A DNA stretch of 42,114 nucleotides, filler included, from an uncultured virus (IMG/VR IMGVR_UViG_2049941000_000086) (12 parts of one record of this genome joined end to end with filler, not necessarily neighbours in it), one strand, 5' to 3'; positions 18,632-29,189 are shown, numbered from the whole stretch's first letter. The notes: generated by a model not told the origin, from the letters alone. Translations and numbers: made by a program.

Positions 18632-19727
18632 TCGCCCATCCCGTGTAGTAATGCCGGTTGTTTGAGCATTCGGGATACCATGAATGTTCCTCGGACAGCT
18701 TATCGAACAGGGCAACAATCTCGTCCTCAATGCCCTTCGCCATCTTCTCGTTCATCTCAGCCGCAACCTGGCGAATGTTGAAGGCGGAGAACTCGTAGTC
18801 CGCCATCTTATCCACGGTCTTCCTGTAGGTATCAGCGAGCTTTGAGGTCAACCTGCCGGTGAACTTCTTGTTGGAGAACAGAGCCGTCCAATACTTCAGG
18901 CGAACCGCCCTCATGTACTTGTTAAGCTCAAAGGCATGGTCGCCAACCCGAAGGCTCACAATCGGAGCTTTCTGGTAGTCATACTCGGCGGTGAGGCTTG
19001 ACTGAATATACGGGGTCAGAGCCTTGTACTGCCGAACCAACTCCAAGGTAGCGGTCACCTCGGTATTGTAGAGCTGAATCGCCTGCTCAATGTAGTCACC
19101 GCTTACCAAGGCTTCCAATTCGGGTTCAGGCATCGCCCTCTCAGCTTCAGCCTTCTTCATGCGCTCCCAAATGTCGCTCTCGTCCTTGACTGTGGGAATA
19201 TGCACCCGGACAATCGCAACGTCCACCCTCGCCTTGCGCTCCGCATCCCGAAAAGCATCATCCACGAACTCAATCTGAGCTTCGTACTGCTGTAGCTTCT
19301 TGGCAAGTAGCTGTCGGGCTGCTGTATAGGGGTTCCTAAGTGTTTCTGCGTTCAGGAGGCATACTATAGCACCGCCCCTTTCCTGCAATTCAATGGCTTT
19401 CAGGAGGTGCATAGCGCCATTGGAAAACGGAGGGTTCATCAATATGAGGTCGTACTGCTTCCATCCACGGTAGGTAAAGAAATCGTCGTGGACAATCCTT
19501 ACGCTGTCATAGGAGTCCGTTTCGCGGTGGTATTCCTCCAATTCGGACAGTTCCTTGCGCTCGGCATCGGTCACTTCGCTGTAAGGCTTGCGGCGTAGGT
19601 ATTCCTGCCGGTTGTAGGAATCCATCAGGGCATCCTTGGAAAAGTTGTACTTGCATATCTGGCGGAGAAAAGGGTCAATCTCAATGGCATCCACAGAAAT
19701 ATTCCCGCTGTTGTATCTGAGCTTCTT
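18632..19727 (-). CDS. Central fragment of the DUF4942-type N6-adenine DNA methyltransferase
   Basis: VDAIEIDP...HDDFF...YDLILMNPPFSNGAMHLLKA...LLNAETLRNP. Confidence 0.88.
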
Positions 19728-19829
19728 NNNNNNNNNNCAACCACCTTGCAATGCCCCTTTGACACGGTGGTACGAACCGCCATTACATCAGGAATCGTCC
19801 TGACCGCTGTCCTTTTATAGTTGAAAACC

Positions 19830-20012
19830 TCAACTTTCACGGCTCATTTCATCACAGTTGACAGTGTAGTATTCAGGGTCGAACACATACCTGTGACCAC
19901 CGGAAACTACCACTATCTCGCAGCGGCCATTCAGGAACCGGGTGAAAAGCTGCATCGCAGGCTGAAACACGCGGTATACCTTCCCATCCTTCTTAGTGAC
20001 CGTAATTCTCAT
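19830..20012 (-). CDS. Small hypothetical protein
   Basis: 60 aa with GGAGG RBS; YVFDP motif shared with the fragment at 18548-18621. Confidence 0.6.
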   Translation of the reverse strand: MRITVTKKDGKVYRVFQPAMQLFTRFLNGRCEIVVVSGGHRYVFDPEYYTVNCDEMSRES

Positions 20013-20369
20013 ATTGCCCTCCCGGTAATACCTTTCGGTAATTTCAAAGTGAAAAGATAAGAGGCTTCCGCCCCTCAGCTCTCTTCGTCCGGGTTGACAT
20101 CAATGAAGGTGTCACCCTCCCGNNNNNNNNNNNNNNNNNNNNNNNNNNNNNNNNNNNNNNNNNNNNTTAATTAATTAANNNNNNNNNNNNNNNNNNNNNN
20201 NNNNNNNNNNNNNNNNNNNNNNCAATCCAGTGCTTGCCCACACCATCGGCAATAGCGGTAGTTACTGTGGATATTCCCTCTACCACTCAACTGCTTATTG
20301 CAGGAGGGGCATCGCTTTGTGGCGGTAGTTACTGTGACGCGAGCGGGAATGTCCCTCTTNNNNNNNNNN

Positions 20370-21267
20370 TATCAAAACGGAGCCGTTTAAGAACCTGGGC
20401 CGCAATTTCGCTGCTGGGGACACCGTGACCGTGGAAGTGACCGCCATTCTCGTCTTCGGTATAGCACTGGGGTTTTCCAATGTCGTGGAGGAGAAGGGCA
20501 ACCTTAACAATTGCATCGTTGCCTTTATAGTTGGCGACTGCGTGCGCAATGTGGTCGTAGACGGTGTATTGGTGATACTTGTTGTTCTGGTCGAATCCCA
20601 CACACGGCTTCAATTCGGGGATGATAGTCGTAATCACATCCGGGAAGTCCAGAAGAACCCGCAGAACATTCTCTCCATTTAAGAGCTTGAGTAGTTCAGC
20701 CTGAATTCTCTCGGCGGAGATGTGCGCAAGAAGCCCCGCGTTATCGTGGATAGCCTTGGTAGTCTTCTCCCCAATTTGGAAGCCATAGGTGGAGGCGAGC
20801 CGAAGCGCCCGGAGGATTCTCAGGGCATCTTCGCTGAACCTAGCGTTGGGGTTTCCGACGCAGTTTATGGTTCCTCTGCTCAGGTCATCTATGCCGCTGT
20901 AAGGGTCTACAATGCCCCTGGATTCGTTGTAGGCGATAGCATTGATAGTGAAGTCCCTGCGAGCCAAATCCTCCCTGATGTCACGCACGAACGTCACGCT
21001 GTCGGGTCGCCGGTTATCGGAGTAGTCACCGTCCACGCGGAAGGTAGTAACCTCGTAGGGCATCCTGCCCATAATGACAGTGACGGTGCCATGCTTCAGT
21101 CCGGTGTCGATGATTCTCTTATTGGGGAAGCAGGCTTTGACTTCCTCCGGGGTAGCGGCGGTGCAAATGTCCCAATCACTCGGTCTGATACCAAGCAGGC
21201 TGTCTCGGACACAGCCGCCGACGATATAAGCTTCGTAGCCGCAGAGCGCAAGTTGCTCTTCCTCCAT
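20370..21267 (-). CDS. cca: CCA-adding tRNA nucleotidyltransferase with HD domain (ends in gaps)
   Basis: YIVGGCVRDSLLG..DWDI, EVTTFR, DLARRDFTINAIAY, EDALRILRA, SAERI, HQYTVYDH..LLHDIGKP. Confidence 0.93.
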
Positions 21268-21278
21268 TNNNNNNNNNN

Positions 21279-22043
21279 GGAAGAACTCGTCCTGATAGGT
21301 TCCGTCCGGATTCTGATACTTTCCGTTGCGAATGCTCAGGAGGAAATCCCGGTCGTTCTCCCGGTAGGTGCAGATTTGTTCCTTTTCCAGAATATCCAGG
21401 CACATAAGGTAGAGCCGGATAAGATGCATCGCGTGTTTGTTGAGGTGGTTATCGTCCTTCTTGTTGCGATGGTTCAGCTTCTCATAGTTGCCGATGATGT
21501 TGGTCATGTCGTTGACCATGCTGTGAAGTTCACGAGCGGGATAGTGGCGGAGAGTGATGTCGGCAAACACTTCCCTGTCCAGGTCATCCCGGCTGCTTTC
21601 ATCGGTATAGAGCTTGATGCTCCCGAACGGGAATTCAGTATACTTCCGCTCGAAGGAAGCCATAGAGTTCTCCATAGCCTTCAGCATATGCTCCTCCCGC
21701 CTNNNNNNNNNNTGAGGACGATATAGTGTTCAGGCTTGCAGCCAAGCATCTCGATAGTATTGGGGTTGCAGCTCAGGAGGAGGGAAATGAGCTTGTTGAA
21801 GGCATAGACCGTAGTATCGGTCGCTTCGTTCACCACCTGCTCGAAACTGGAAAGGCCGAGAAGGTCGGTCTTGCTGTTGAGGGCGCAGCCCCTCACATCC
21901 ACATCGGATGTTTCCACATTGGTTCCGTAGGCATGGCTCCCGCCGAGGGTCAGGAAGATAATCTTCCCTTCAAGGTGCGGGTTGGTTCTCAGGAAGTCGT
22001 AGTCCTTCCCAGCCACCATTTCTTTTATCTGTTCAATCGTCAT
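21279..22043 (-). CDS. Pol-beta superfamily nucleotidyltransferase (Nuc-transf/RlaP-like), spanning a gap
   Basis: GGSHAYGTNVETSDVDVRG, CNPNTIEML, KHAMHLIRL, LLSIRNG. Confidence 0.88.
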
Positions 22044-22251
22044 AGCATCCTCCATAGGTCAGCTCGTACTCCTCGGCAACTCTCGGGTCGAGCGGGTCTG
22101 AATACTCTATATAGCCCCACACATTTTTGCCGAGGGTTTTGAAAAATTTTCGTTCGTCGTAGTTCCGAATGCTCATCAGCTTATTGTCTTTAGGCTTGGG
22201 AAAAGTTCCCGGTGCCACAGGTCTTTGAGTTGAATAATAGCGGTATCTCAT
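22033..22251 (-). CDS. DarA C-terminal-like (defence against restriction) small protein
   Basis: YRYYSTQRPVAPGTFPK...WGYIEYSDPLD...EYEL. Confidence 0.65.
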   Translation of the reverse strand: MRYRYYSTQRPVAPGTFPKPKDNKLMSIRNYDERKFFKTLGKNVWGYIEYSDPLDPRVAEEYELTYGGCYDD

Positions 22252-23581
22252 GTTATTCNNNNNNNNNNCCTCCATACTCGTTAGGGTTCCAACTGTTATA
22301 CAAGGAGTTTGCCGAATCCCGGTCTCCAACGGACAGAAAGAGGTCGTATAGGCGGTTTCTCTGCTTTCGCGTCAGCTTTTCGGNNNNNNNNNNNNNNNNN
22401 NNNNNNNNNNNNNNNNNNNNNNNNNNNTTAATTAATTAANNNNNNNNNNNNNNNNNNNNNNNNNNNNNNNNNNNNNNNNNNNNAAGGTAGTTGTACTCCT
22501 TGCAGTAGCAAATGAAGGGGCAATCAAGGTTTACACAAGTAGTCATGCTTCCTCCTTAAAATCCGGGCACACGCCGCGCATACCCGTTTCGATGTCCCCC
22601 TCCAGGTTGCACACGNNNNNNNNNNGCCGCGAAAGATGCGCGTGTGTTCGTGTTCCGGCATCACTCTTCCTCCTGCCGTCGAATCCCAAGGACTTGCGTT
22701 CTCCATTCAGGCCATGCGTCATCCTCTGGAATGATGGTGGGCGCATACTGTATTTCCGAAAGCACTTTGATTTGGTCGTACCCAAACTCTCCGCTGTTTA
22801 GCCCGTCTGCGATATATTTCATAATTGGCTCGGCTTCAATCAGCCTACCATGCTCCGGGACGGGGCCAAGAGGGCAATCCTCCGGGATTGTATTTCCAGN
22901 NNNNNNNNNATCATCGTCAACGCTCTCCGGCAACCGCTCCGTCACCGGAACCCAGTGGGGCTTTATAAGACTTTCAAGAAAGTCATGATTTTGGATAACT
23001 TCAATAAGTTTCTCTATGGCATCGGCGGCTTCCATCACCAGCACAACGGCCCATCCATCGTTCATATCTTCCGGCGCGTTGTGTAGCCGCTTCACCAAAT
23101 CGTCATACATCGTGCTTCCCTCCGTCATTATCCCACTTCGTTTCTCTCGCCCACCGTCTGCACCAGCCTTCAAAGCACTCCACATAGCCTATGTAGTGAC
23201 CGTCTATCTCGCAATGACACGCTACCTTACCGGGCTTGCCTGTACGGATGTTTCGGCGGCAGTTACAGCAGCATCGGGGTTCGCTCATGCTTCTTCCTCC
23301 GGTTCAGATGGGTGATACACAACCTTACTATCTGCAATTTTCCATACCTCATACAGCGTGTACGCCACAGGATTTCTTACCCACCGTTTATCCTTGTTTT
23401 CGGCATATTTCTCTCGCAGCAGTTCAATCGCATCTTCTAGGCTCATGTTTCCTCCTCCCAAGGCTCATAAGAATCGGCATCGCGCCAATACCACCTTCCA
23501 AACTGATACATCAGGAACTCCGTAGTGCCATTGTCCGCTTTTCGGACAGCATAGACGGCTTCTGGCTNNNNNNNNNNTCCA

Positions 23582-23812
23582 TCACTCGCCCTCCTCTGCC
23601 GGGATGATGGTGGGGCATCCCCTCAAATCAACATATCCAAGTATGTGGTTATTTACATCGTCCGCATCAATCAGCCTCCCATGCGGCGGGACGGGAACCG
23701 CTGTTCCAAGGTGAGGCACACCAAACTGGGAGGTCACCTCCCCATCGGGAAAAATCACCACGCAGATTGCGTTCTCCTTCGGCATCTCCATGCCAGTTAT
23801 TAAGATGCTCAT
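23582..23812 (-). CDS. Hypothetical phage protein (HGRLIDAD family)
   Basis: MSILITGMEMP...VPPHGRLIDAD...PTIIPAEEGE. Confidence 0.75.
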   Translation of the reverse strand: MSILITGMEMPKENAICVVIFPDGEVTSQFGVPHLGTAVPVPPHGRLIDADDVNNHILGYVDLRGCPTIIPAEEGE

Positions 23813-24008
23813 ACTTCCTCCTTCAGNNNNNNNNNNNNNNNNNNNNNNNNNNNNNNNNNNNNNNNNNNNNTTAATTAATTAANNNNNNNNNNNNNNNNNN
23901 NNNNNNNNNNNNNNNNNNNNNNNNNNTCTGAACAGAGTTACCATCCTTCCCCTGCGCCTGCGCGTGAACATTGACACGCGGGAGGCCGCCAAAAATATTT
24001 TTGGCAAG

Positions 24009-24038
24009 GGGGTTGCATACGGCGATCCTGAGTTACCT
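24009..24038 (+). promoter_or_regulatory. Repeated promoter-like motif, copy 1
   Basis: GGGGTTGCAT-ACGGCGATCCTGAG-TTACCT after an AAAAATATTTTT tract. Confidence 0.75.
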
Positions 24039-24112
24039 AAAAGAACGCAAGCAAACAAACAAGCCCTGGGGCAAACGCCCTGGGGCTTGAAACATTTAAG
24101 GAGGAAAAAACA

Positions 24113-24520
24113 ATGGTAGAGTACACTTGCAACGCGATTTACGGAGACATTTTCGGCAGGACCGAAACGGTCCGGGTTGACCGGCGCCTGAAGCTGATGC
24201 CCTCCGCCCAGGCTGGGATCGTCAACGAGCCCGACGGCGGGATCAGCCTTATGAGCTACGCAACGAAAGTTGCGACGGTTGACGGCGAGGGATGGCTGAC
24301 CTGCAGCGGGACCTATGGCAGCACGACGCGCCGACACATCAACAGATTCCTGAAGGAATTTGACACGCCCTGCGGGTATTACGACGCGAAACGCTGCTAC
24401 GAACACGACGAGGCAATCAACATCTACACTGGCGAGGTCAAGACGATGCAGGAATACATCGAGTATCTGGAGGATCTGGCCCGCGAGCGCGCCGGTATCC
24501 ATCTTGTAAAAACCGCCTGA
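24113..24520 (+). CDS. Hypothetical early-region protein
   Basis: 135 aa with AGGAGG RBS; LMSYATKVA...YGSTTRRHINRF. Confidence 0.8.
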   Translation: MVEYTCNAIYGDIFGRTETVRVDRRLKLMPSAQAGIVNEPDGGISLMSYATKVATVDGEGWLTCSGTYGSTTRRHINRFLKEFDTPCGYYDAKRCYEHDEAINIYTGEVKTMQEYIEYLEDLARERAGIHLVKTA

Positions 24521-24722
24521 ACACACGGCGCGAGCTTTGACGGTTTTTCGGGCGGCCCGCTGCGGCGGGGCGTCTCTAAAAGNNNNNNNNNNNNNNNNNN
24601 NNNNNNNNNNNNNNNNNNNNNNNNNNNNNNNNNNNNNNNNNNNNNNNNNNNNNNNNNNNNNNNNNNNNNNNNNNNNNNNNNNNNNNNNNNNNNNNNNNNN
24701 NNNNNNNNNNNNNNNNNNNNAA

Positions 24723-25268
24723 ATGAAATTCGGAAAACAAAAAATCAAGTGGATCGTTCCGGTCCCCGACAACGTGGAGGACCTGAAGAGCATCTACCGC
24801 AAGCTGGCCATGGAAAATCACCCGGACCTCGGCGGCGACAAGATCAAGATGCAGGAGATCAACGCGGAGTATACGGCGCTGTTCGAGGAGCTGAAGGACG
24901 TTCACAAGAGCTCGCGGCCCGACGGCCCGAAAACCTACCGGGCGGAGGCGGCGACGAAAGAAACGCCGGAGGACTTCATCAACATCTGCGCGGAGCTTTT
25001 CCGGCTGGACGGCCTGGAGGTGGAGCTTTGCGGGCGCTGGCTCTGGATCGGCGGAAACACCCGGCAGCACAAGGAGGCTCTGAAGAAGCTCGGCTGTAAA
25101 TGGTCGAAAAATAAGGAGAAATGGTCCTGGCACTTCCCGGAGGACGCTGCGTGGCAGTACAAGGGCAAAAAATCATGGAGCATGGATAGAATCCGGGACC
25201 GTTTCGGCTCGGAGCGCCTGGGCGCGGACGAGGACCGGCGGAGCGGCGCGGCGGCCCTGGCCGGTTGA
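24723..25268 (+). CDS. J-domain (DnaJ-like) protein
   Basis: LKSIYRKLAMENHPDLGGD..MQEINAEY (HPD motif); C-term WLWIGGNT..KEALKKLG.KW. Confidence 0.88.
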   Translation: MKFGKQKIKWIVPVPDNVEDLKSIYRKLAMENHPDLGGDKIKMQEINAEYTALFEELKDVHKSSRPDGPKTYRAEAATKETPEDFINICAELFRLDGLEVELCGRWLWIGGNTRQHKEALKKLGCKWSKNKEKWSWHFPEDAAWQYKGKKSWSMDRIRDRFGSERLGADEDRRSGAAALAG

Positions 25269-25318
25269 TCCTGGCCGCAGCGTTTTCACACATCCCCGGC
25301 GAAAAATAATTTTCGCCG

Positions 25319-25358
25319 GGGGTTGCATATCGCAANNNNNNNNNNAGCTGAATTACCT
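25319..25358 (+). promoter_or_regulatory. Repeated promoter-like motif, copy 2 (10-N gap inside the spacer)
   Basis: GGGGTTGCATATCGCAA-N-AGCTGAATTACCTATAAGAGCG; overlaps the hairpin CCCCGGCGAAAA/TTTTCGCCGGGG. Confidence 0.75.
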
Positions 25359-25400
25359 ATAAGAGCGGAAAACAAAAAATCAATTTCGGAGGATAAAAAA

Positions 25401-25886
25401 ATGACGAAAGCTGATGAACTGAAAGTCCTGGACAAGATCGAAGCCCTGATAAAATCCGCCGGGGAAGATTCCTATATCGGCCCGACCTTCGCCGGGATCG
25501 TGGAAATCTGCCGGTCCAACATCGAAAACGACTTCGGAGATCACCCGCTGGAAGACCTGGAGGCGGCCCGCAAAAAAGCGGCGGACCTGGCGAAAATCGC
25601 CATGGACATCACCGACGAGCGCGACAAGCTGAAGGCCGACTTCGACGAGCTGGCCGGAGCCTACCGGGAGGCCGTGGGCGTGTGCCGTGTGGCGAGCCTC
25701 TACATCCACCAGGAAAAGAACCGGCTTTGCAACGTCGTGGACGATTTGCCGGTTGACGCGAGCGACGAGGAAATCAGCGTGGCGGTCCGCAATCACAAGA
25801 AAGCAAAGGAAGCGGTACGCCGCTGCAGCGAGGTCCTGGATAAATCCATGCGCAGGCCCTTCTGCTTCGCCATGCAGGAGGGATGA
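25401..25886 (+). CDS. Hypothetical coiled-coil protein
   Basis: MTKADELKV..., GGAGG RBS. Confidence 0.8.
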   Translation: MTKADELKVLDKIEALIKSAGEDSYIGPTFAGIVEICRSNIENDFGDHPLEDLEAARKKAADLAKIAMDITDERDKLKADFDELAGAYREAVGVCRVASLYIHQEKNRLCNVVDDLPVDASDEEISVAVRNHKKAKEAVRRCSEVLDKSMRRPFCFAMQEG

Positions 25887-25915
25887 GCAGAGCACGGGCC
25901 GCCGGNNNNNNNNNN

Positions 25916-26114
25916 TCACGTCTTCGGCGCGCTGCAAGACGGCGGCGATGGTCAAACGGACGATTCCGAGGTTGCGGGCGGTCTCGGTCCGCTGATCCTG
26001 CCAGAGCTCCCGCAGCGCGGCGGTGAGGGTTGCGCGGTAGCTGCTGCCGGGGTAGGCTGCGACGGTTTCACGGGTCCAGGCGTGGGCGCGGGTCATCATT
26101 TCGTTTCGGGTCAT
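25916..26114 (-). CDS. Small hypothetical protein (3' end in gap)
   Basis: MTRNEMMTRAHAWTRE...; AGGAGG RBS and its own promoter. Confidence 0.7.
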
Positions 26115-26150
26115 TTTCGGGTCCTCCTTAAAAATAGGTTTTTTATTTTG

Positions 26151-26180
26151 ATTATACAGCTATACATATATAATTGTCAA
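26151..26180 (-). promoter_or_regulatory. Consensus sigma-A promoter, divergent from motif copy 3
   Basis: Minus strand TTGACA-N18-TATAAT. Confidence 0.75.
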
Positions 26181-26209
26181 GGGGGCAAAGCAAAAAAATT
26201 TTTGCGGGC

Positions 26210-26239
26210 GGGGTTGCATTACGGCGGCCTGGATTACCT
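26210..26239 (+). promoter_or_regulatory. Repeated promoter-like motif, copy 3
   Basis: GGGGTTGCAT-TACGGCGGCCTGGA-TTACCT after AAAAAAATTTTT. Confidence 0.7.
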
Positions 26240-26634
26240 ATATCAACGCCGGGCGGCGCTGCGGCGGCTCCGCTGCGGNNNNNNNNNNAATCTCGATGCG
26301 GTTATACCCTTGCGCGGCGAGGTCAAGTATCGCAAGGTCGGTCTCGCTGCGGGCGGCGGTCCGGATTGACTCACGCATTACGGCGGCGGGCTCCGGGCTG
26401 GGAAGGTGGGCGGTTATGCTNNNNNNNNNNNNNNNNNNNNNNNNNNNNNNNNNNNNNNNNNNNNTTAATTAATTAANNNNNNNNNNNNNNNNNNNNNNNN
26501 NNNNNNNNNNNNNNNNNNNNCGCATCGGCTCGGAGCTGAAGGGCCGCATGGAGGCCCTGTGTGCCTGCTTCGCCCTGCCTGGGGCAAGGAGGGAGGAACA
26601 GGCTGCATAATTATTCGGCGAACAGAAAATGAAA

Positions 26635-26694
26635 TCTTGACAGTTTTTCGAGCGCCGGATTGGAGGGGTCCGGCACTTCATAAAGCTATCAAGA
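26635..26694 (+). repeat. Conserved intergenic hairpin (TTGA-N4-TTTTCGRGCG...CATAAAG); other copies at 24537-24582, 27894-27927 and 28819-28880
   Basis: Long stem with a TC/CAT internal loop; sequence differs between copies while pairing is retained. Confidence 0.7.
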
Positions 26695-27071
26695 GAAGGG
26701 AGAAACAGAACATGAAAACAAGGTGTGAGTGTGGCGGCTATATCTTTGGATTTGTCAACGAAAGGACGATGGAGCAGGGGCACAGGTGTCAGAAGTGCTG
26801 GCGTTATCATGAAATCGAGCCGCTGCGGATCGTGCGTGGGTGCGACTACGAAGAAGCGATCCTTGCGCGGCAGGATGAACAGTGGGAGGACTGACAATGC
26901 GCAAAATGAAAATCCGTAACCTGGCCGCCGGGATCGCGGCCCTGGGCTTTCTGCTGACGCTGACGGAGCTTCAAGGCGGCCCCTGGGCTGGGACATTTCT
27001 TGGCGCGGCGCTTTTCATACTGGGCGCTCTGGCGGCCCTGAGAATCAACAACAAGGAAGGGAGAGCGAAAA

Positions 27072-27341
27072 ATGGAAAACAAGATCAGATTCATCTGCGA
27101 GTTTATCGGAGGCCCGCTGGCCGGGACGATGCCGCTTGAACAGGCGGAGGCTATGACGGACCGGCGCAGCGCCGACCTGAGCGAGATCAGGAAGCGCGGC
27201 GGCCTGGTACACCGGGAGGAACTGGACAATAAGCCGGAGTTTGACGGCTACTGCGGTCCCATGTGGGACGGTATGCGCGGCCCCGGTCGTGCAGTCCTGC
27301 GCTATGAGACCTGGGAGGTCTACGACATGCTTTCCCGCTGA
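27072..27341 (+). CDS. Hypothetical protein
   Basis: 89 aa with AAGGAG RBS, followed by a hairpin. Confidence 0.75.
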   Translation: MENKIRFICEFIGGPLAGTMPLEQAEAMTDRRSADLSEIRKRGGLVHREELDNKPEFDGYCGPMWDGMRGPGRAVLRYETWEVYDMLSR

Positions 27342-27368
27342 TTTTTCGGCGGGAAAAAATTTTTGAAG

Positions 27369-27398
27369 GGGGTTGCATATCGCAAAGCTGAGTTACCT
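27369..27398 (+). promoter_or_regulatory. Repeated promoter-like motif, copy 4
   Basis: GGGGTTGCAT-ATCGCAAAGCTGAG-TTACCT. Confidence 0.78.
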
Positions 27399-27465
27399 AT
27401 AAAGGCAGACGGGGCCGCCGGGAAAAGGCGGCCCNNNNNNNNNNAAAACAGAAGGAGGAAACAAA

Positions 27466-27897
27466 ATGGCAAGACTTACAAAAGAACAGGCTCTGAAGTG
27501 GGACGCGCAGCTTTCCGGCGGCTATCATCTGGACATCCGGCACTACGTCCTTTGGGGCGAGAAAACCGCGTCCATGAAGATCGAGCTTTCGGAGGACAAA
27601 ATCCTGGAAGCAAATCTGAGCTACCGGGAGGAGCGCAGCGGCTACCGCTACACCGGGCGGCAGAAGCCCTGCCTGCATCTGTCCATCTGGAACGTGAACC
27701 GGGAGACCGGCGTGGGGACTTCTCGCGGCCTGGGCGCGTTCATCGACGTGGGGGAAATCCAGGACAAAAAGAACTGGAAGCACCTGTGCGCCCTGTCCGG
27801 CGAGTACACCGCCGAAAAAGTCAAGGCGCTGGCGGCGGAACACGCTGGGGAGCTGGGCGCGTCCTCCATCATCGACTGGCTGGAAAAAGCGGGTTGA
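27466..27897 (+). CDS. Hypothetical protein
   Basis: 143 aa with AGGAGG RBS. Confidence 0.8.
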   Translation: MARLTKEQALKWDAQLSGGYHLDIRHYVLWGEKTASMKIELSEDKILEANLSYREERSGYRYTGRQKPCLHLSIWNVNRETGVGTSRGLGAFIDVGEIQDKKNWKHLCALSGEYTAEKVKALAAEHAGELGASSIIDWLEKAG

Positions 27898-28042
27898 AGA
27901 TTTTTCGAGCGCCGGGGATTTTTCCCGNNNNNNNNNNNNNNNNNNNNNNNNNNNNNNNNNNNNNNNNNNNNNNNNNNNNNNNNNNNNNNNNNNNNNNNNN
28001 NNNNNNNNNNNNNNNNNNNNNNNNNNNNNNNNNNNNNNNNNN

Positions 28043-28825
28043 ATCCGGGACATCGAGGCAATTTCTGAATGGCTGGCAAAGGCCCTGGCTGAAGAAACGC
28101 TGAGCATCAAGGATCACACGGTTTATCTGGTGGACTTCGGCGGCTACTTCGGATATTCCTGCCTGGTATTCAAGAACGGCCATCATATCCACTACGCCAA
28201 CGACTACGCCCTGCATCACAAGTACACCAAGTACAACGACGACGGGACGACGGAGGCCGTGGAACCTGGCAAGGAGGAACTGCGGCAAAGGTACATCGAC
28301 GCTCTGAACTTCAAGCTCTGGACGGAGGAGGAGATCACCGGGCCGCTGAAGGACTACGACGAGTATCAGGCCAAGAGCCGCTTCCTGCATAGCTACTACG
28401 GGATGCGGGAGGACTATGTTTCCATCTTTGGGGACTTCCGCACCGACGAGAAAGTGCAAGCCTACCGCAAGCGGACGGCGGGCATGATTATGAATCCGGT
28501 TGCTATGGCCTACTTCGCGCCGGAAAAATCCGCCTTTGTGGAGCATCACAAGGCACTGTGGGAAGCCCTGGAACAGCGGGCAGCGGAACTTGAACAGGAT
28601 TACGACTACCTGAAGACGGCGTTTCTGCGGGAAATGTACGATCACGAGTATGGGATCAACTGGCAGGGCGACTGGGACGTGCTTTCCTGCTTTGGGGATA
28701 TCGAATACCGGGACGAGGACGGTCTGACCGGCTATTTCGATCAGCTGGAGTTTAACGACACGCAGCGCCGCGCCTACATGGACGCACGGCGGCAGTATTA
28801 CAACGAGACCCGCGACTGGAATTGA
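28043..28825 (+). CDS. Hypothetical acidic/aromatic-rich protein (start in gap)
   Basis: Open frame from the gap to TGA with coding-like third-position bias. Confidence 0.8.
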   Translation: MRDIEAISEWLAKALAEETLSIKDHTVYLVDFGGYFGYSCLVFKNGHHIHYANDYALHHKYTKYNDDGTTEAVEPGKEELRQRYIDALNFKLWTEEEITGPLKDYDEYQAKSRFLHSYYGMREDYVSIFGDFRTDEKVQAYRKRTAGMIMNPVAMAYFAPEKSAFVEHHKALWEALEQRAAELEQDYDYLKTAFLREMYDHEYGINWQGDWDVLSCFGDIEYRDEDGLTGYFDQLEFNDTQRRAYMDARRQYYNETRDWN

Positions 28826-28892
28826 AGCCTTTTCGAGCGGCCCGGCCCTGCGCCGGACCGTTCCATAAAGTCTTTAATTCGGAGGCAAGAAA

Positions 28893-29189
28893 ATGAAAAT
28901 CACCTGCGGAGATATCACGTTTGACCTGAACACGCAGCAGCGCCGGGAGCTTGACTATCTGGCCCGCTGGCGGGCGGACCTGGCCTATATCACGGAACGC
29001 TGGGGGAAGGATGATCCTGAAACGCAAGTGTCCAGGGGCTGCATTGAGTTCGCTTTCACAGTCCTGGACCGGCTGCATGTACCGTTTTGGCTGCAAAATG
29101 CGGCCCTGGCTTATGGGGAGGACTGGCGCAATCGGCAGCGTGAGAGCTTTGAACACTATCTGACGAGAAAGGGGTATGAGATAGCCTGA
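28893..29189 (+). CDS. Hypothetical protein
   Basis: 98 aa; GGAGG directly after the conserved hairpin. Confidence 0.75.
   Translation: MKITCGDITFDLNTQQRRELDYLARWRADLAYITERWGKDDPETQVSRGCIEFAFTVLDRLHVPFWLQNAALAYGEDWRNRQRESFEHYLTRKGYEIA

Noticed and set aside
15979..19840. Permuted or split methyltransferase
   Set aside because: Fragments 18555-18407, 19727-18632 and 16363-15979 form one ordinary DUF4942 MTase, and every break is at a gap or linker
20329..21687. 452-aa fusion of a pol-beta nucleotidyltransferase with the CCA enzyme
   Set aside because: The junction is a 10-N gap; these are two separate genes read through Ns
356..26520. Recurrent TTAATTAATTAA as a biological repeat
   Set aside because: Always centred in a 100-nt N spacer; it is an artificial all-frame-stop linker
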